Shown here: positions 25,022 to 37,900 of the stretch, in pieces | How the letters are laid out: every line of letters starts with the position of its first letter | Position numbering within the stretch: the stretch's first letter is position 1 | NCBI RefSeq assembly: GCF_032062105.1 | Contig: NW_026932763.1 | Coordinates: forward strand, 372,001-436,000 | Source: Saccostrea cucullata | Lineage: Eukaryota | Length of the DNA: 64,000 nucleotides | Direction of reading: 5' to 3' | The notes under the pieces: generated by a model | The model's input: the letters and a program-made list of their open reading frames with translations, nothing else | Database searches by the model: none | What the model was told of the DNA's origin: nothing | Program-made: the position numbers and the translations under genes

Positions 25022-28000
25022 TCATTGATTGTAGTATATACTCGTGCCAGTGCATTGAATATGATCACAAACAGCTTTATTCACCAGATGATATTCATCC
25101 TAAAAATTACATCAATAGATTAATCCATACAAATGTTGAGTACAGAGTAAATTAAGAAACTAATTTTGTAGATATCGTAACAATTTATAAGGGATTTCGA
25201 ATGGAATGCCGGGTATTTAATATATATTTGTAACCGTTTGGATTAATTATTTAACAGGGACTTGAACTTGGCCTTTTCATTGTATAAATGACAAAACAAC
25301 TGACGAGGTTGGAACAGAACTCCGGTCTTCTGACTTGAAGTTGTCTGACAGCAGTGAAGACGTCCACACAACCATCCATGTTGATCTGTTGTATCACGTT
25401 ATGAACGGCACAGAAAACCCCACATAATGCTGCACCATCCCTGGTAAAAAATATATACGTCAGTTTAACAATAATTATGTGCATCAATTCTCCTCGTATT
25501 TTGTTTCGACATTTAATGTGATCTTAAAGAGCAAATCAAATTCTTAGATGACGCCCACTATACGTTGCAATTTATAAGTAGGATATGGAGATAACGAACA
25601 GTATAAAACTCAAGAATTTCAAAGACAAAACTTTAAAACATTTAAACCTAAAGATTGTTTATCAAAGTTAATGATTATTTCTGTATTAAACTATTAAGAA
25701 GTTAAAGTCTCTGACGTAAATAGACAACCTGCTAACAATTGTGATGGGAGTTTCTGTTTCAATATTTAGTGTGGCTGAGACCAGACTCCGAAGTTGAGAT
25801 GTGTCAAGAGGGGTTCCGGAAGAATGTATGCTGATCTTCGGTTCTATTACTGTCACGGTATGAACCTCCTCTTCATTCTAAAGAACGAAGCTTGTTGTAC
25901 TATTAAGAGTGCATGGCCGTTCTTTAATTTTTGATTCAAGAAAAAAAACTACTCTATTTAAACACGCATTTCCAAAAATACCTAAATAAATAAAATAGAA
26001 AAAAATATGTTGCTTAAGAAAGATTTAAAAAAAAAAACATGCACATTAAGTTATTCCTTCTTACATTTTTCTCCAGAATGTGAAGAGTAGTGCAGGTAAG
26101 GTCACTTTCAGATCTGTTTTGAATATGTATGGTGAAAGGGGGTACTGCATTTAAAGATGAAGGGCGTGGTAACCATGTTTTACTCTATATAAGAAAAAGA
26201 AAAATAGATTGATGCATTTAAATATTCTGCAAATAAACAGAAACCAGTAAAAAAAAAGTATACTCTGAGACAAGAAACAACTTTTAAAAAAAAATGTATG
26301 GAACATCTAACCTACCGGGGAAACAGATGTTGAAAGTCACTACCCTCTCAGGTAATTTAAGCACCATTAATCTTCTTTACTCACCTTTTCAATGGATTTA
26401 TTTTTGTGGGATGGGTTGGGAACGGATCGATGTACATGTGGTTATCTGGATATTTTATACTTAATAATTTATTATAATTATTTTTGAATGTAGAAGATTG
26501 AACAAATATTGACCATCAGCTTATATCTTAAAAAGTAGTCAAAGGGAAAAATCAAGGGGAAAAAGTTTGATATTATATTGCATATATATTTAAAAAAAAA
26601 TGAATGTTCTTCCAGGAGATAGGACATGTAGTGCCGCACAGATAAAACGGCTAAATGGACATTTAAGTATAATGTAGCAATCTGTTTATTTAAAAAAAAA
26701 AAAATCTGAAATGAGGTCAATTTCATACCAAAAAGAAGAAAAATAAAATAATCAGGGAACGGCAAAATATTAATTTTACTTTATATCACCTTCATCTTTA
26801 AGCTGATAAAGAATTATCATGTTCTTTTTGTTTATTTGGTTTTGAATTATTATATCATTTTATTTCTTTTTTTACTCTCCTGTATTGTATTTAATAAGAA
26901 TATCAGCTTTCTTGTTTAAAGTCATCATTTCGTAAGTTCTATGGTTGATACAATGACCTTGTCAGCGACTACGGTTTATCATTAAGTATAAGTCAATTGC
27001 TGACTGATATTTTTCATACTCATTGTTAGTGCATTATTTAAACATTGAATTTACGACAGATTTCTCCTTTATTTCCAGATCAAAAAGGAGCATACGGCAG
27101 GTGTGACCGGTCACCAGGGGATGCTCACTCCTCCATGGCACCTGATCCCACCTCTGATGTTTTGGAGGTCTACGTTTGCTCTGCTCCTATTTTGTATTGT
27201 TTTATGGACTTTGATATTGAATACTGCTCGTAATCTCCATATCCTTCTATCCACTTAATCTACTTTATTACATTTTGCAATCAAGAAATCGACCAATTTT
27301 TACAATTTGTCAATAAGTCGGATATTAGATTTCGGAAAAAAATAATCCCAGGCAAATTTATACTAAAAAAAAACGTATTTCTTTTTTTATATATTGCTAT
27401 TTTTCTTCTCTGACATGATTACCTCATCTTTGAAAATTATGAAAATGCTTTTTGTATATTTTGCTTCAAAAACTATTAATTTGCCTTGATACATAAGGTT
27501 TACAGAGATAACTCATCACCGTCCGACAGCTGGAATGGGTTCTCTTTGTAAAATATTTTTTTTGAATAAAGAGTACAAGAGCACAAAGTATATTAAAACG
27601 TCGTTGTTATTCACAACCTTAAATTCAATCTTTGCAAAGGAGAAGAGTTGAATTTTAGATAAGTGACACAGTTTTACGTAAGATTCAAATAAGCAACACT
27701 CAATTACCCTCCGCTCTAACCGTCATACAGAAAAACATGTATAAAATAAAAGGAAGCATCGCTCTTTCTCATTATCAACATGCATCAATTTCAACAGAAG
27801 AGTATATTTCTACAATAAAACATAAAAAGCATAACCCTTAAAATCATCTGAGCCCAAAGTAATACAATTAAAGAATTAAAATTTCAATGTTATAATTTAA
27901 TGTAATATTTTCAATATTTCCCTTTTCTTATTTATGTACACCTAACCCTGGGGCCCGGTACTTGACAATTTTTATAGAGGGATTATCGCAATCATGCTAT

Positions 28001-28850
28001 CAGTTTAATGTCCAGGATAAAAGTAGAAAATTTTATGAGATTGTACCCATTTTGACGGTTTTGGCCAAAACATTAAAGTCAAGGCCTAGGGGAAGAAGGG
28101 ACCAAAACATTCACCATATTTGTTTCTCTTCTTTTATAGGTGTTATTTGACAGATTGTTATAAATCGGTACAGCTTCTGCAGATAAGAACCTAAAAAATT
28201 TCAAAAATAACGAACGAAACCCAATTTATTACGATGGACAAACACGGATTGGAAAAGGACTCCCTAGTCGCTTAAAAGTGGAATCATTTTTAGTAAAATT
28301 ATCAATGTTTCAGCCTTATATATCATTACATACCGAATCAATCGCGTGAAGAGGATCCATACAGACGACAGTGTCAGATTCATGATCATTAAGCAGGCGC
28401 AGGAAGTCAACAGCGTCCTCTTCCGTCGGATATTGCGTCACAATAAACGCTCTACTGTTAGTGTACGACTAATAAAAGAAAAAAAAAATAATAAAACGTC
28501 AACAAAAAAGTCCTTGATCTAAAATGCAGACTAATTTTCTCTTGCAATAATGCGAAATATGGTTATAATGCAAACAATGAAGATTATATATTAGAACGTC
28601 TTCATAGCAATACACGTCGCTATAGATTTTTAGGAATAAATTTACAACAATTTCAAATGCTAAGATCTTTAATACTTACTGGAACAGATACTGCATTGAT
28701 GAAGTTTCCTCGTTTAAGGACGGTAGAAGAAAGATGAACACTGTATTTATCCACTAATTTAGAAAAAAAATAAGAAAATTCTCGGATGTATGTAGACAGT
28801 AAAATAAATGATCCTTCATCATTGAAGGTTGTCAGAGTAATATCATTCCC

Positions 28851-28907
<57 letters not shown>

Positions 28908-31900
28908 AATATTTTAAGTCTTATCTTGAACATAATGGGTAAGTGAGGTGTTAATATATATCAAGGATACACCATGGCTAAATTAATTGGAAAATAGAAA
29001 GTTTCATATTTTTGTACTTTTTTTCTAAAGACAGAAATTCTGTGTTTTGGGAGAATAATATTGGGGGAAAACAGAAAATATATAGATTAAATTAAGATTT
29101 TTAAATATTTTTATATCATAGGGACTAACTTTCAGAGGGAAGGTTTAGGATATGCATCCAAAAAGCTGAAAAACCTGTGATTTTCACATAATACGACTAA
29201 GCCTTTTCATAACATGCACCATACACTAAGGGACGATGGATTAGATATTTAAGAAAGTACACATAAGAGAAACAAATAGTTTCTAACTACAGTTGTATAT
29301 CTGGAAATATAAGATATTTATCCTATATATTATTCAATATGTGACATTTGGAATTTTCAGTATGTTATCAACTAAATTCAGACAAAAGCTCTGGCATGCA
29401 AAGTATTAGGATTTTTTTTAAATTGGCAAAACGATCCTTTCTTTATGAGAAAAAAGAATGAAAAAAAACAAGATATATAGGTAAAATGTTAGGTACATGA
29501 ACTTAAAACGCTTTATCATGCGTTTTGTGACCAATTATTGCATGTATTAAGTAAATTTAATATATAAAATACAATATAAAATAACAATCAAAAGTTTTCT
29601 ACACATCAGCAAACCAAGTATTGCTGTTATGTTGCAATACATTACTCGTTGGCTCACATAATAGTGAAGAAGAAAATTGGTAACAGAATGAAATAAATAA
29701 AAATGTAACCTACGTGGCAATAAACGACTGGAATGGATATCCCCACAACCATCCCTTGCCAGCTTGAAATCATCTTCATTATATTTAGGTTGTATTTTCA
29801 TTAAAAGCTATTTATAAAAACAGTTAAACATTTTATAAAACCGTAATTATAAATTCTTGATAACGATAAGAATTTTACTCCAACAAGAGATGAAAGGGTT
29901 AATTTTTGAAAAGGGACAAAGAATTTATTTTTTCTCTTAAATACCATTAAAAATCAATAAACATCAGAAAGACGCATTCTAAACAAAACCAGTTAGACCT
30001 TTGTTTTCTTCATAACTGGAAAGTTCTATTCTCCTAAAATGTCTTACTTTGCTTGAAAACTAGACGCTAAATGCTATTTTGTTCTGCCTGCTAATCATTA
30101 TTTTGAATCTGAATAAGAGTACTGATATCACAAAACATTTTTACTTATCGAATTTTGATGTGTTTCAATGGTATCATGATGTGTGCTGCTATCATTTTTA
30201 AAAGAAAATGCTTAATTAAATAAAAATGAAAAGCGGTTATATTTATCATAATTATTTTCGATCACATAAATAACAGAATTAGAAATAAAGAAATCAAACG
30301 TCGGTTTAAGATCAACACCCGTATACATATGGTTAAGTCAGACGTATTTTATTCATTCACTTAGGCTTATCTTTCTTTTTATCATAACATATCATCATCG
30401 ACGTCATTACAAGTAATGGAAGCATTGTTTTCATTATTATTATTTTTTTTGCAAGGGTTTTTCTTTAAGGAATGATTGTCTTATTTTTCGATTTCAAGAT
30501 GTGATCAATCGAATGGCTTGCGTGATAATTCGCATAAACTCCGAAGGCGTGTATGCCTAAAATTATCACGCAGACCAATCGATTGATCATCGTCATAAAA
30601 TTGAAAAATCTGACAGTTATTCCTTATATGTACATGCTTTGATTCCGCCAATCCACATGCTCCATGCCCTGTTTCTCTTTAGCTGTTAGTCTCGCCCTGC
30701 ACGAGTCTCAGACAAAGACATTGGAAATGTAAATATTTTGTAATATAAGGTGTACCTGAAATTCTTTTCGAAGCGTGTTCTGATTTGCTGGTTTGTCTAC
30801 TGTCATGGCGTTTGCATTTGCCGTAAATTCCTCAATTGTTTTGACCATCACCGGCGATTTGAAGATTTCGTTCAAAGAAAGAAATATGGTCATATATTGT
30901 TCCTGAAACAAAAATGTAATGTTAAATCCAAAGAAAAAAACATACAGGCCTGCATAATAGTTCTTCGTTCGTTTATTAATATTTACTTATGGATTTTGGC
31001 TGTTAAAAATTATAATTTTAATAATGTTTAAGTTATTTCGAAAGTGAAAAGTTCTTGCAATCTACTAGGAAGCTAGGATTGGAAAACTAGGTTCATTATC
31101 GTAAATAATTATAATCACTTCATTGTTTTAATCTTTGGAATTTTTTTACTTGCATTTTTTAAGCTAACATAGCAGATTTTCAGTAATTACACTCAAAAAG
31201 AAAGTAATTCGATGAATAGATAAATTAACTGAAGATACCAATTTTTTTAATCATTTTTTTTTATTCATATTAATAAATAATTTATTGTTATTATTTACTA
31301 ATGAGAGTTATCAGTAATTCTCCTCTTTATACACAATTTATTATTAAAGCGGTAGAGGGAAAGCTGGATAAAATGTACATTTTTTTAAATAATAATTTTA
31401 TTAGGCTTACATAGGTTTGGACCATATTCATCCTGCTTTCTCTCATCTTCTTGACATACTCTGCGACGTTAACTTTCCCTGTCTTTCTTCCTATCTTGTT
31501 CAGAACGTCTATTGCTATGTATGTCCCGGTTCTTCCTATTCCTGCACTTAAAAGCATAAAAAAAATACTCTAATTAGTTGTTTAACGTCCTCGAATTTTT
31601 AACTTCTAGAAAAGACACAATTTACTGTAAGCAGGTGCAACGGGGGTAACCACAACAAATCGTACATTACAATGAAAACAGACCGAAATATAAACGAATC
31701 TTTTCTTCTTTTTTGCGGAAAGGTTTAACCAGGATTATAGTCGATTTTAGTCTTTGACGAACGTGTCATTACCATTTTGATCATTAAAATTTATCAAAAG
31801 AAAAGTTTTATCCAATATTATTTCAAAATCATTTTATTATGCAGTTTTACCTGCAGTGTACATCAATTGGAGAGTCATTCTTATTGGTGCCTGTTTTCGT

Positions 31901-34900
31901 CACGTGATAAAGGAACACAACAAGGCAGAGAGGTTCAGGAGTCCCATGGTCGGGCCAAGCAGTGTAATGGTATTGTGTTACAAAACGAGGCCTTTTTGAC
32001 TGTAATTTAAATATTTTCATAAAATATTTCAAGTCATTTATTTTAATTTTCTGATTTTTAATACACAAATCAAAACAGAAATGGGAACATTAAGCCTCAC
32101 TGGATAACCTCATTTCTTTGAAATTTCTAATACTAAAAATGACGGGCGGGTTCTTCCGCTAATAATGAATCTAGACTCAGTGATAAAAATGTCATTGAAA
32201 AGAGCAATGCAATACTTAACGTCATAAATAATACCATTACTAATTGCATGCTTAGATTATTTCCAAACTGTGCATGAAGGCGGAAGTTAATGAAAGTAAA
32301 ATATGAAAGAGTTTCTCTATCGTGGTTTTCATGAGATGAAACCCCATTCGGTCTTTTAAGCAATGATGTATTATCAACTGCTTTACCTCCTCTATATGCT
32401 AGTAGCTCACCTCCTTGTCGTTAATGTTAAATTTACGAATACTGTAGAATGCGTACTCCTTTTCCTCTATCATTTTCACAGACATCTTTCCGTAGATTAT
32501 GTTCTGGTTAACTTCCGGCCAATACTTCGCACATTTGGTCTAAATAATGATTTAAAAGATTGTAATAAAATAAATATGGAACATTGAATTTAAATTTCAT
32601 AATGTACATATTTTCTTATAATTCCTTTTATTTCGGTTAATAGAACAAACACATATTTGAAATATATGAAGTTTTATGGAGTTAGAAAAAAATGGGAACA
32701 CTTTCAGATCCATGTTACCTTATTCCCTTCTTTCAGGTTGGTTAACATAACAATGATGGATACATGTTCCTGCCAAACCATTGTCCAAAAATCGTTTACC
32801 GTGTTCTGTTTTGGTCCTAATCATATAGCATGGAAATTCTCATAAAATATATCGCAGATGACATTTAAGATTCTTACAGACTGTTACACAACATTGTAGA
32901 ACAAGCATTTCCCTAATTATCAAGCTATATTAAACTGATATTCTTAGCTTAACTTTAACTTTAAATTTTAAACTTAACAAAGGGATGTGTTAAGACACTG
33001 TTTGAAATACTTGTTGTAAGTCGAAAAACAATACATACTCATATATAATTATAAAACAGAAGTATCTGAAGATATCGAAACTGTACTAGAATGGAAAAGA
33101 AAAGTAGCATTTGGAACTGAAGCTCTGCAAAAATAACACACGTAATAATTATCTCTATTTGCGTGTCTTTTTGAGACAAGATTGCAATAAGACTATAATA
33201 GCTTACTTATCTCTGACAAGTGGATCTGAAAATTGACAATTTTGTATTGTGTATCAATAATGATAATAATGTAATTTACCTTGGGCAGCAATATATTGTT
33301 GTTCTTGCTTTGCACCCTAAAAAAGCAACTCTACTTATCATATTTTGCATTAAAAACAATAAAAAGAGCATACGATAATACAAATGAATCTAATCAATCA
33401 GGAAAAAAATTCCTATATGCAGCTTAAAGAGAAATGTGTATGGAGCTGTATATTTTAGTTTTATAAACTAAGATTTTGGGAGGAAAGGTACTATATACAT
33501 GTGAACTAAATTGATGTTAACAAGCATCGCCTTATTGTTGATAAGGAAAATACATACGTTGTTTTTTTTGTGTTTTTTTTTTACGTTAAGCTTTTCTTTA
33601 CCTGTATGTAATTAGCGTTTATGTAATCAGATGCCGAATCAGTTTTAAGTAATATTCTGGAGTGGTCATCTGGATAAAAAAAAGATATAGAATATAAATT
33701 AAGATATCTTTTAATGCAATCCAATGTATGTTACCATAAAAAAGAATACAACAATGCAATCTCGAAAAAAATGCAACGATTAACTAATTATGCATATGGA
33801 ATGAATGTACATATATTTGTAAATTCGATAAAAAAAAAATACAACCAAGTTAAATACTAACATGGAAACGTTGTCTTATATCTATTCTTGAGAAGATTTT
33901 CTTCTCTCTTTCCAGCTTCGCACTTGTATCTTTCTCCATATGGCAAAGTCTTTAAAAAATAAATCACAAACATAAAGCTTTTGATCCCCTTCTATTTTGG
34001 GGTGTCTATGTATACATGTTTGTGCCGTACAGTTTTCTTATTATTGTACTGTTAAGACAGATAATGTGTAAACAGTGTGTTTATATTTAAATCACCAATA
34101 CTTTTAACATGCAGAGAAAAAAATCTTTAAAACGATGCCCCTTTTCTCAAAGAAATGCAAATACAGGACTATAATGGTTGTATTTTTCTCAGGTGCCTAC
34201 TTACCGCATATTCCCTCTGAAACCCATCATCTTTATTCTTCCTTTTTTCAGCTATATATGTATCCAGTTGCTCTAGAGGTATGTCCCGAATCACTACTTC
34301 GTTTGCATAAAAATCTCCGTAAGGATTTTCCGAATGTATTTGCTCATCAACATCTTCATCAACTTCATCATTTCTTTTTTGAACGCTTAGCAGTTTTTGC
34401 ATTCTGGTTTTCTTACTTTTATTTCCTTGATCAGTTGATGACCAATGATTTGAATTAATGCTTGAGAAATTTGTTTCGGGTATTTCTTTATTTGCTAAAA
34501 TAAGTAACAAAGCAATTAAATTTATTCCTGTAATAATGTGATGAATCAGAATCAATGTGTTATGTAAATAACGACTCACAATTTTGAGTTCTGTTTGTAT
34601 CTGCTTTGGACCTGTTATCTTTCTTTAAACTGCGCCTTCTATAGAGAAAACCGAAAATGATTAAAATGCAAAGTATCGAAATGCATGTGATATATGTAAA
34701 ACACGATTAACAAGAATGAAAAGTATAACTGTACAACAAATGATCATGAATGCAAATCTAAAACGTATATTGACCGTTTTAAAGTAAGAACTGCTATAAC
34801 AACGACGATACACGCGATAGTAATTCCAGAAACCCCACCAATGATCGTCCCAATATTGTTACCATTGCCTTGTTGAGGAGACGTTTTCTAAAATATTAAT

Positions 34901-37900
34901 ATTCATAATGATAAGATTTTGATATTATGCATATACAAAGTTTTTTTTAATTTCCCTAATAAAGAATAAAATTCATTAGATGCTATTTATTTATTTCATT
35001 GAATATCCAAAACCAGATTGATTCGTGCATATTGACCAATTTCGAGTATTACGACTATTGGCTAGATTCAGAGGAATTCCTAAAAGTATTTTTTCTTACA
35101 TCAAAAAGAATTTTCCGATATAATACATGTACATATTCAAAAAAAAAATAATAATTTCAATATTGGAATGTAATTTTAAAAAGACGTATTTAGGTTTGAA
35201 ATCTTCAAACAAAAATCTAGAGATATGATTCATAGTGAATCGAAGTAAAAAAAAATAACTATGGTTAACTGTGGTATACTTTTTCAGAAAAAATCGGGTT
35301 CAGAGATACATGGTTTACTGTACCGACATTGCAGGGCATTCTCCATTATGTGGATTGCAAGTATTATTTACACAGTGGCTGCTACAGTTCTTTAAGCAAT
35401 TCATGCCATACGTTCCTGGATCACATACTATAAATGAAATACTTATTGAATATATTTCATCTTACAGTTACATTCGTAAAATATAACCTTTTCTCTTCAA
35501 CAGAAATGCACAGATTCTTCTTTCCCCTGAGAAAATATGTGATGTGATAATAAAAATACCTGTTAAACATAATAAGTCTTTATATCCCTGAATACATCCA
35601 TTTAAACATGTTCCATTGATATTGTGACATTTATCTCCATCTAGACACTTGCCACAGTGTTGACTGCAGTTCTTGCCGAACCTTTTGTTTAAACATTCTG
35701 TATATAGATATAAATATATTAAATATTTTCCTCTTAATAATATATATAAACGACCTTTTCAAATTAAAGATAGAGGAATCAAAGTTAAACGACGTATGAT
35801 TTCTTTTTTTTCATATATAATCTTTTTTAACTTTTTTTCCCATTTTAAACATAGCCCCAAAACTCTAAATGTATATGTAATATGAATAATGCATTATTTA
35901 TTTTTTTGATAATGCTTACCATTTTTGCACTGAAGTCCCTCAAAACCAGGCTGACAACCGCCCAAACATTCACCAGTTGTTCGATTGCATCTGCTAGGTA
36001 CACCACAATTTTCATCACATTGTTCCATACAGGTTATACCGAATTTTCCATCCGAACAAACTAATACCAAAATAAAAGAAAATAACAAAAAAACTTACAA
36101 ATCTAGTATCTTACTTAATTTTTAGAGTATTTGTGTCATGATTATTAAGCAAACAAATGTAAATTTTAATTATTTTAAAACTTTTATGGACTCATGGAAA
36201 TGTTACCGTCTTTACAAAGATCCCCTTCAAACCCAGAATCACAGCCTTCGAGACAAGACCCATTGATGTGATGACATTGTTTGTATTCCTGACACGCTCC
36301 ACAACTCTCTCCACATACAGAGCCGTATGTTCCGTTATCACATTCTATTAATTGGGTGGAAGGGATAGTTGAAAAGAATGAAAGATTTTTTTTTCCTAAG
36401 AAGATCATTTACATAATCGCCTGCATTTAATTTAAAACATTTTAATTTTTTTAAAAACATTTTACAACATTTTAAATGCCAAAGCTTTGCTAAAACACGA
36501 AGAAATTTATTCTTAAGTAGATAGTGGCGTAGGAGGCATATTCTAAAGTAAATGCATAGAGGTTTATTACTCGAGTATAAGATTGGTTATTCAATTTATC
36601 AAAAGCAATGGGAAGAAAAAAATGTTTGTTATAGTTATAGATTCCATTAATTGTATAAGACGGTTTATCTAAAATAGTTCCATTATGATTCTGCTATATT
36701 TAAATAATTTGCTTCGTTGTAACACATCAATTAAATAGATAAATATTTAGTTCATATCGTAAATCATAAGTTACCTACGTCACAGTCAGTTACGTCAATT
36801 GCAAATTACCCCAGGTGACGTTGATTGTAAAATTGCTCAATTTGATTGAAATTTTAATTGAAAGGAAGGGAATGAAATGTACCTTGTTCTCGCCATTTTT
36901 TTTTTCTGATTGAGAAAGTGAATAATGCATGTCTTTCAAAAATCCTGAAGTCATTAATATGATTATGTTTTTTTTTTTCATTTGTGACCCAGAAATATGC
37001 ATATTCCGTTATCTTTTGCAAAGCGTCAATTAGCTAGCAAAATAATATCTTAGCCATCAGACAATTACATGTATGTTTTATAGCAGTTATAAATTGTATA
37101 TAAAGTATCAAAATCAGTGAATCCCAGGGTCGTAAACAGCATTTTTTTTATATTGTTTATCTATTAATTTATTGAAAATATTAATTGCAATCCTAATTAA
37201 ATATAATTCAATTCAACTGGGGTTCCTTACTCTTTTCCTTGTTCTTTTTTATTTTATTTTACTTTTGCTTTTTCATACTTACGTAGTTCACACTGATGTC
37301 CCTTGTACCCAGGTTTACATCCCAGACATGCACCTGTCTCTATGTGACAATAACGACAGTTTGTATCAGGACAAGGGAGAGAACAATCTGGACCATAGAC
37401 TCCTACATTTTGGCAGCCTTAAAAGTAAATGAAATCCATCTAAGTATTCATAAATGATTTAGAGAATTTGGAAATATGTTTAATGTTATAAGAAATATAG
37501 GCTTTAATATTTTTTTTTATTCATAATTATTTAAATTTTTATGATGAATTAAGGAATTGATGCCATTAACATTGCATGCTAACTTTTAGTAATTTCGATA
37601 TAAAAAAACACCTGAGTGCTAAAAAAAAGTATATGTAAAGTGTATACCATTAACTTCAACTTCACACAATTCAACGTGTGCATATTGGGACAATTCCCAG
37701 GCATTTTCACGTGAAGGCTGGGGTCTTTCATTGTAATATATGACGTACTGGCCATGAACAGGGCACCTTATATTGACAACAGCCGGTATTGTGGCTCTAG
37801 TGTACTTTTCATCGTGTAAACATAGATAACCATGATGTCTGTTTGTTGTGTTGGAAACATAAACGTAAAATCCCAAAAATCGGGTAGTGTAGCCATTTGA

